Both the position numbers and the translations under genes were made by a program. The notes below the pieces were generated by a model that was not told the DNA's origin, ran no database searches, and saw only the letters and a list, made by a program, of their open reading frames with translations. This document shows positions 56,101 to 64,000 of a stretch of DNA of 64,000 nucleotides, in pieces. This DNA comes from Owenia fusiformis (lineage: Eukaryota). Numbering within the stretch: position 1 is the stretch's first letter; the number at the start of each line of letters is the position of its first letter. Where the stretch lies: the NCBI GenBank assembly GCA_903813345.2, contig CAIIXF020000001.1:15314001-15378000 (forward strand). Direction: 5' to 3'.

Positions 56101-59100
56101 TATGTGGCCTCACTGGCCTATCTGAGGTTCTAAAGCTATGTCTAAGCTACATCTTGACACTAAACTCGATAGGGGCCAATCATCTACTTTTTGAAATAAT
56201 TGGTCAATTGTGACACTACCCCCTCTCTCTGCAGACACAAATTGAAATTCACAAAAATGAAGGCAAAATTAATACGCCACTTGACTCGAAATTTTCCTTC
56301 AGATAACCCAAATAAACGCATTTTCAGAAGAAATGGCATGTTGCCATTGCAAAAAGATTACAACTGTGCCTACATACTAGCTTACTGACTCGTCATGATC
56401 ACATTTGTGTTGGGCCTACATTTATTTTTGAATACTACTTTTTTCTATTCAGCGGAAGTGACGTATTAGGGCATTTTGGCCTAATAGCCACATGGTTGGA
56501 TGATTTCTGGCTTTAAATTGCGTTTTTTCCAATTTACTAGAGTTTTTCAAGTAGTTTTGTGCAGTTTAAGAATATTCTGACAGCAATTATGAAAAATATG
56601 GCTACTTCATTACCCCTGGGGTCATTTTTCCAAGAACCCAATGGTTTTCCTTTAAATTTGACTAGTTTTTCATTTACATCATGAAATCCACTGCCTGATG
56701 GTGACATTTTTCAGTATCGTGTCAAGAATTTGAGTATTTTATTGCATATTGCAATTTTTAGCCAAATCACTGAACCGTGAACCAGAAAATTGGACAAATT
56801 TGACCCACTTTTTGGCAAAATCTTACTAAAATCATCACTTTTTCATACTTTATTCCATTCAACAACCTCCTGATTTGAAAAATGATGACAAATTTGATCA
56901 GTTTTGACTCTGGCCTAGAGAATTGGGACTTTTGAGATATTTTTAGCTCGAATGTAGTCATTCAGAGTGAACAAATACATCAAAAATTGACACTTAACTC
57001 ACCAATTTCTGACTGCACCCCCGATATGTACCTTCTTTCTATACTGGAAACCATAAGATGGGAAATTCAATCTTTATGATGAATAGCAACTCGTTGGCTT
57101 CCCCATTTACGACAACAAATGACATTTAGGGGTCACTAAGGACAAAATTGTAGCCAAATATCGTCAAAATCAAGGGTTTTTGGGGTAAAAAGCGAAAACT
57201 GATGATTCAGCAAAAACATTAAATTTGTTCATGAAAATTCCCCTTTTTGCCTCCGTCCAAAATATGTTTCACACTAATAAACTTCAATTCTGGTTGATTC
57301 TGAGTAGTTTTAAAAAATTTTGGTCACTTTCACATGTGACTAATAGGCAAAACTGCCCTAATTCACGTCACCATACTAGTCAATGGGCAAAAGGGCAAAC
57401 GCCTGACTTTTTATCTCGAGTTATGGATTTATGTGGCCTCACTGGCCTATCTGAGGTTCTAAAGCTATGTCTAAGCTACATCTTGACACTAAACTCGATA
57501 GGGGCCAATCATCTACTTTTTGAAATAATTGGTCAATTGTGACACTACCCCCTCTCTCTGCAGACACAAATTGAAATTCACAAAAATGAAGGCAAAATTA
57601 ATACGCCACTTGACTCGAAATTTTCCTTCAGATAACCCAAATAAACGCATTTTCAGAAGAAATGGCATGTTGCCATTGCAAAAAGATTACAACTGTGCCT
57701 ACATACTAGCTTACTGACTCGTCATGATCACATTTGTGTTGGGCCTACATTTATTTTTGAATACTACTTTTTTCTATTCAGCGGAAGTGACGTATTAGGG
57801 CATTTTGGCCTAATAGCCACATGGTTGGATGATTTCTGGCTTTAAATTGCGTTTTTTCCAATTTACTAGAGTTTTTCAAGTAGTTTTGTGCAGTTTAAGA
57901 ATATTCTGACAGCAATTATGAAAAATATGGCTACTTCATTACCCCTGGGGTCATTTTTCCAAGAACCCAATGGTTTTCCTTTAAATTTGACTAGTTTTTC
58001 ATTTACATCATGAAATCCACTGCCTGATGGTGACATTTTTCAGTATCGTGTCAAGAATTTGAGTATTTTATTGCATATTGCAATTTTTAGCCAAATCACT
58101 GAACCGTGAACCAGAAAATTGGACAAATTTGACCCACTTTTTGGCAAAATCTTACTAAAATCATCACTTTTTCATACTTTATTCCATTCAACAACCTCCT
58201 GATTTGAAAAATGATGACAAATTTGATCAGTTTTGACTCTGGCCTAGAGAATTGGGACTTTTGAGATATTTTTAGCTCGAATGTAGTCATTCAGAGTGAA
58301 CAAATACATCAAAAATTGACACTTAACTCACCAATTTCTGACTGCACCCCCGATATGTACCTTCTTTCTATACTGGAAACCATAAGATGGGAAATTCAAT
58401 CTTTATGATGAATAGCAACTCGTTGGCTTCCCCATTTACGACAACAAATGACATTTAGGGGTCACTAAGGACAAAATTGTAGCCAAATATCGTCAAAATC
58501 AAGGGTTTTTGGGGTAAAAAGCGAAAACTGATGATTCAGCAAAAACATTAAATTTGTTCATGAAAATTCCCCTTTTTGCCTCCGTCCAAAATATGTTTCA
58601 CACTAATAAACTTCAATTCTGGTTGATTCTGAGTAGTTTTAAAAAATTTTGGTCACTTTCACATGTGACTAATAGCCACATGGTTGGATGATTTCTGGCT
58701 TTAAATTGCGTTTTTCCAATTTACTAGAGTTTTTCAAGTAGTTTTGTGCAGTTTAAGAATATTCTGACAGCAATTATGAAAAATATGGCTACTTCATTAC
58801 CCCTGGGGTCATTTTTCCAAGAACCCAATGGTTTTCCTTTAAATTTGACTAGTTTTTCATTTACATCATGAAATCCACTGCCTGATGGTGACATTTTTCA
58901 GTATCGTGTCAAGAATTTGAGTATTTTATTGCATATTGCAATTTTTAGCCAAATCACTGAACCGTGAACCAGAAAATTGGACAAATTTGACCCACTTTTT
59001 GGCAAAATCTTACTAAAATCATCACTTTTTCATACTTTATTCCATTCAACAACCTCCTGATTTGAAAAATGATGACAAATTTGATCAGTTTTGACTCTGG

Positions 59101-62100
59101 CCTAGAGAATTGGGACTTTTGAGATATTTTTAGCTCGAATGTAGTCATTCAGAGTGAACAAATACATCAAAAATTGACACTTAACTCACCAATTTCTGAC
59201 TGCACCCCCGATATGTACCTTCTTTCTATACTGGAAACCATAAGATGGGAAATTCAATCTTTATGATGAATAGCAACTCGTTGGCTTCCCCATTTACGAC
59301 AACAAATGACATTTAGGGGTCACTAAGGACAAAATTGTAGCCAAATATCGTCAAAATCAAGGGTTTTTGGGGTAAAAAGCGAAAACTGATGATTCAGCAA
59401 AAACATTAAATTTGTTCATGAAAATTCCCCTTTTTGCCTCCGTCCAAAATATGTTTCACACTAATAAACTTCAATTCTGGTTGATTCTGAGTAGTTTTAA
59501 AAAATTTTGGTCACTTTCACATGTGACTAATAGGCAAAACTGCCCTAATTCACGTCACCATACTAGTCAATGGGCAAAAGGGCAAACGCCTGACTTTTTA
59601 TCTCGAGTTATGGATTTATGTGGCCTCACTGGCCTATCTGAGGTTCTAAAGCTATGTCTAAGCTACATCTTGACACTAAACTCGATAGGGGCCAATCATC
59701 TACTTTTTGAAATAATTGGTCAATTGTGACACTACCCCCTCTCTCTGCAGACACAAATTGAAATTCACAAAAATGAAGGCAAAATTAATACGCCACTTGA
59801 CTCGAAATTTTCCTTCAGATAACCCAAATAAACGCATTTTCAGAAGAAATGGCATGTTGCCATTGCAAAAAGATTACAACTGTGCCTACATACTAGCTTA
59901 CTGACTCGTCATGATCACATTTGTGTTGGGCCTACATTTATTTTTGAATACTACTTTTTTCTATTCAGCGGAAGTGACGTATTAGGGCATTTTGGCCTAA
60001 TAGCCACATGGTTGGATGATTTCTGGCTTTAAATTGCGTTTTTTCCAATTTACTAGAGTTTTTCAAGTAGTTTTGTGCAGTTTAAGAATATTCTGACAGC
60101 AATTATGAAAAATATGGCTACTTCATTACCCCTGGGGTCATTTTTCCAAGAACCCAATGGTTTTCCTTTAAATTTGACTAGTTTTTCATTTACATCATGA
60201 AATCCACTGCCTGATGGTGACATTTTTCAGTATCGTGTCAAGAATTTGAGTATTTTATTGCATATTGCAATTTTTAGCCAAATCACTGAACCGTGAACCA
60301 GAAAATTGGACAAATTTGACCCACTTTTTGGCAAAATCTTACTAAAATCATCACTTTTTCATACTTTATTCCATTCAACAACCTCCTGATTTGAAAAATG
60401 ATGACAAATTTGATCAGTTTTGACTCTGGCCTAGAGAATTGGGACTTTTGAGATATTTTTAGCTCGAATGTAGTCATTCAGAGTGAACAAATACATCAAA
60501 AATTGACACTTAACTCACCAATTTCTGACTGCACCCCCGATATGTACCTTCTTTCTATACTGGAAACCATAAGATGGGAAATTCAATCTTTATGATGAAT
60601 AGCAACTCGTTGGCTTCCCCATTTACGACAACAAATGACATTTAGGGGTCACTAAGGACAAAATTGTAGCCAAATATCGTCAAAATCAAGGGTTTTTGGG
60701 GTAAAAAGCGAAAACTGATGATTCAGCAAAAACATTAAATTTGTTCATGAAAATTCCCCTTTTTGCCTCCGTCCAAAATATGTTTCACACTAATAAACTT
60801 CAATTCTGGTTGATTCTGAGTAGTTTTAAAAAATTTTGGTCACTTTCACATGTGACTAATAGGCAAAACTGCCCTAATTCACGTCACCATACTAGTCAAT
60901 GGGCAAAAGGGCAAACGCCTGACTTTTTATCTCGAGTTATGGATTTATGTGGCCTCACTGGCCTATCTGAGGTTCTAAAGCTATGTCTAAGCTACATCTT
61001 GACACTAAACTCGATAGGGGCCAATCATCTACTTTTTGAAATAATTGGTCAATTGTGACACTACCCCCTCTCTCTGCAGACACAAATTGAAATTCACAAA
61101 AATGAAGGCAAAATTAATACGCCACTTGACTCGAAATTTTCCTTCAGATAACCCAAATAAACGCATTTTCAGAAGAAATGGCATGTTGCCATTGCAAAAA
61201 GATTACAACTGTGCCTACATACTAGCTTACTGACTCGTCATGATCACATTTGTGTTGGGCCTACATTTATTTTTGAATACTACTTTTTTCTATTCAGCGG
61301 AAGTGACGTATTAGGGCATTTTGGCCTAATAGCCACATGGTTGGATGATTTCTGGCTTTAAATTGCGTTTTTCCAATTTACTAGAGTTTTTCAAGTAGTT
61401 TTGTGCAGTTTAAGAATATTCTGACAGCAATTATGAAAAATATGGCTACTTCATTACCCCTGGGGTCATTTTTCCAAGAACCCAATGGTTTTCCTTTAAA
61501 TTTGACTAGTTTTTCATTTACATCATGAAATCCACTGCCTGATGGTGACATTTTTCAGTATCGTGTCAAGAATTTGAGTATTTTATTGCATATTGCAATT
61601 TTTAGCCAAATCACTGAACCGTGAACCAGAAAATTGGACAAATTTGACCCACTTTTTGGCAAAATCTTACTAAAATCATCACTTTTTCATACTTTATTCC
61701 ATTCAACAACCTCCTGATTTGAAAAATGATGACAAATTTGATCAGTTTTGACTCTGGCCTAGAGAATTGGGACTTTTGAGATATTTTTAGCTCGAATGTA
61801 GTCATTCAGAGTGAACAAATACATCAAAAATTGACACTTAACTCACCAATTTCTGACTGCACCCCCGATATGTACCTTCTTTCTATACTGGAAACCATAA
61901 GATGGGAAATTCAATCTTTATGATGAATAGCAACTCGTTGGCTTCCCCATTTACGACAACAAATGACATTTAGGGGTCACTAAGGACAAAATTGTAGCCA
62001 AATATCGTCAAAATCAAGGGTTTTTGGGGTAAAAAGCGAAAACTGATGATTCAGCAAAAACATTAAATTTGTTCATGAAAATTCCCCTTTTTGCCTCCGT

Positions 62101-64000
62101 CCAAAATATGTTTCACACTAATAAACTTCAATTCTGGTTGATTCTGAGTAGTTTTAAAAAATTTTGGTCACTTTCACATGTGACTAATAGGCAAAACTGC
62201 CCTAATTCACGTCACCATACTAGTCAATGGGCAAAAGGGCAAACGCCTGACTTTTTATCTCGAGTTATGGATTTATGTGGCCTCACTGGCCTATCTGAGG
62301 TTCTAAAGCTATGTCTAAGCTACATCTTGACACTAAACTCGATAGGGGCCAATCATCTACTTTTTGAAATAATTGGTCAATTGTGACACTACCCCCTCTC
62401 TCTGCAGACACAAATTGAAATTCACAAAAATGAAGGCAAAATTAATACGCCACTTGACTCGAAATTTTCCTTCAGATAACCCAAATAAACGCATTTTCAG
62501 AAGAAATGGCATGTTGCCATTGCAAAAAGATTACAACTGTGCCTACATACTAGCTTACTGACTCGTCATGATCACATTTGTGTTGGGCCTACATTTATTT
62601 TTGAATACTACTTTTTTCTATTCAGCGGAAGTGACGTATTAGGGCATTTTGGCCTAATAGCCACATGGTTGGATGATTTCTGGCTTTAAATTGCGTTTTT
62701 CCAATTTACTAGAGTTTTTCAAGTAGTTTTGTGCAGTTTAAGAATATTCTGACAGCAATTATGAAAAATATGGCTACTTCATTACCCCTGGGGTCATTTT
62801 TCCAAGAACCCAATGGTTTTCCTTTAAATTTGACTAGTTTTTCATTTACATCATGAAATCCACTGCCTGATGGTGACATTTTTCAGTATCGTGTCAAGAA
62901 TTTGAGTATTTTATTGCATATTGCAATTTTTAGCCAAATCACTGAACCGTGAACCAGAAAATTGGACAAATTTGACCCACTTTTTGGCAAAATCTTACTA
63001 AAATCATCACTTTTTCATACTTTATTCCATTCAACAACCTCCTGATTTGAAAAATGATGACAAATTTGATCAGTTTTGACTCTGGCCTAGAGAATTGGGA
63101 CTTTTGAGATATTTTTAGCTCGAATGTAGTCATTCAGAGTGAACAAATACATCAAAAATTGACACTTAACTCACCAATTTCTGACTGCACCCCCGATATG
63201 TACCTTCTTTCTATACTGGAAACCATAAGATGGGAAATTCAATCTTTATGATGAATAGCAACTCGTTGGCTTCCCCATTTACGACAACAAATGACATTTA
63301 GGGGTCACTAAGGACAAAATTGTAGCCAAATATCGTCAAAATCAAGGGTTTTTGGGGTAAAAAGCGAAAACTGATGATTCAGCAAAAACATTAAATTTGT
63401 TCATGAAAATTCCCCTTTTTGCCTCCGTCCAAAATATGTTTCACACTAATAAACTTCAATTCTGGTTGATTCTGAGTAGTTTTAAAAAATTTTGGTCACT
63501 TTCACATGTGACTAATAGGCAAAACTGCCCTAATTCACGTCACCATACTAGTCAATGGGCAAAAGGGCAAACGCCTGACTTTTTATCTCGAGTTATGGAT
63601 TTATGTGGCCTCACTGGCCTATCTGAGGTTCTAAAGCTATGTCTAAGCTACATCTTGACACTAAACTCGATAGGGGCCAATCATCTACTTTTTGAAATAA
63701 TTGGTCAATTGTGACACTACCCCCTCTCTCTGCAGACACAAATTGAAATTCACAAAAATGAAGGCAAAATTAATACGCCACTTGACTCGAAATTTTCCTT
63801 CAGATAACCCAAATAAACGCATTTTCAGAAGAAATGGCATGTTGCCATTGCAAAAAGATTACAACTGTGCCTACATACTAGCTTACTGACTCGTCATGAT
63901 CACATTTGTGTTGGGCCTACATTTATTTTTGAATACTACTTTTTTCTATTCAGCGGAAGTGACGTATTAGGGCATTTTGGCCTAATAGCCACATGGTTGG

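Larger units (their letters stand above)
1..64000. repeat. Tandem satellite/macrosatellite array of two related monomers (L 1328 bp x38 plus one partial; S 858 bp x15), open at both window edges
   Basis: Sequence at position 1 (caagggtttttggggtaaaaagcg) recurs at 1329, 2187, 3516, 4844 and onward to 63343. The minus-strand marker ORF spacing is always about 1328 (1324-1330) or about 858 (857-859). 38x1328 + 15x858 = 63334, matching the last monomer start at 63343 after a few small indels. No unique sequence or inversion seen. Confidence 0.99.

Noticed and set aside
1-64000. CRISPR array or array with variable spacers/cassettes
   Set aside because: There are no unique spacers. The only variable module is one identical 470-bp segment, and no cas or integrase gene is present.
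1-64000. Rolling-circle concatemer of a small plasmid or viral circle (artefact)
   Set aside because: A single circular template would give one unit length, not an irregular mix of two units with regionally clustered variants. No Rep-like ORF is present.

Overview
The whole 64-kb window is one head-to-tail, single-orientation tandem array (satellite/macrosatellite-like, AT-rich, most likely eukaryotic). I see no credible protein-coding gene, RNA gene or CRISPR array. The ORF track is three short spurious ORFs repeated once per monomer. The array has two nearly invariant monomers: a long one (L, 1328 bp; 38 complete copies plus a partial copy from 63343) and a short one (S, 858 bp; 15 copies). 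Order: L S LL S LLLL S LL S LL S L SS L SS LLLL S LLLL SS LLLLLLLL SS LLLLLL S LLL(L). L differs from S by one precise 470-bp module: a 463-bp segment (177..639 in the first copy) with imperfect terminal inverted repeats, flanked by a 7-bp direct repeat CTAATAG that occurs once in S. The empty site in S is itself a 21-bp quasi-palindrome, CATGTGA-CTAATAG-CCACATG. This looks like a non-autonomous MITE-like (or tyrosine-recombinase-type) element present in some monomers and absent from others. A microhomology-mediated deletion at the base of a hairpin explains it equally well. Direction, family, organism and function cannot be determined from this window alone.
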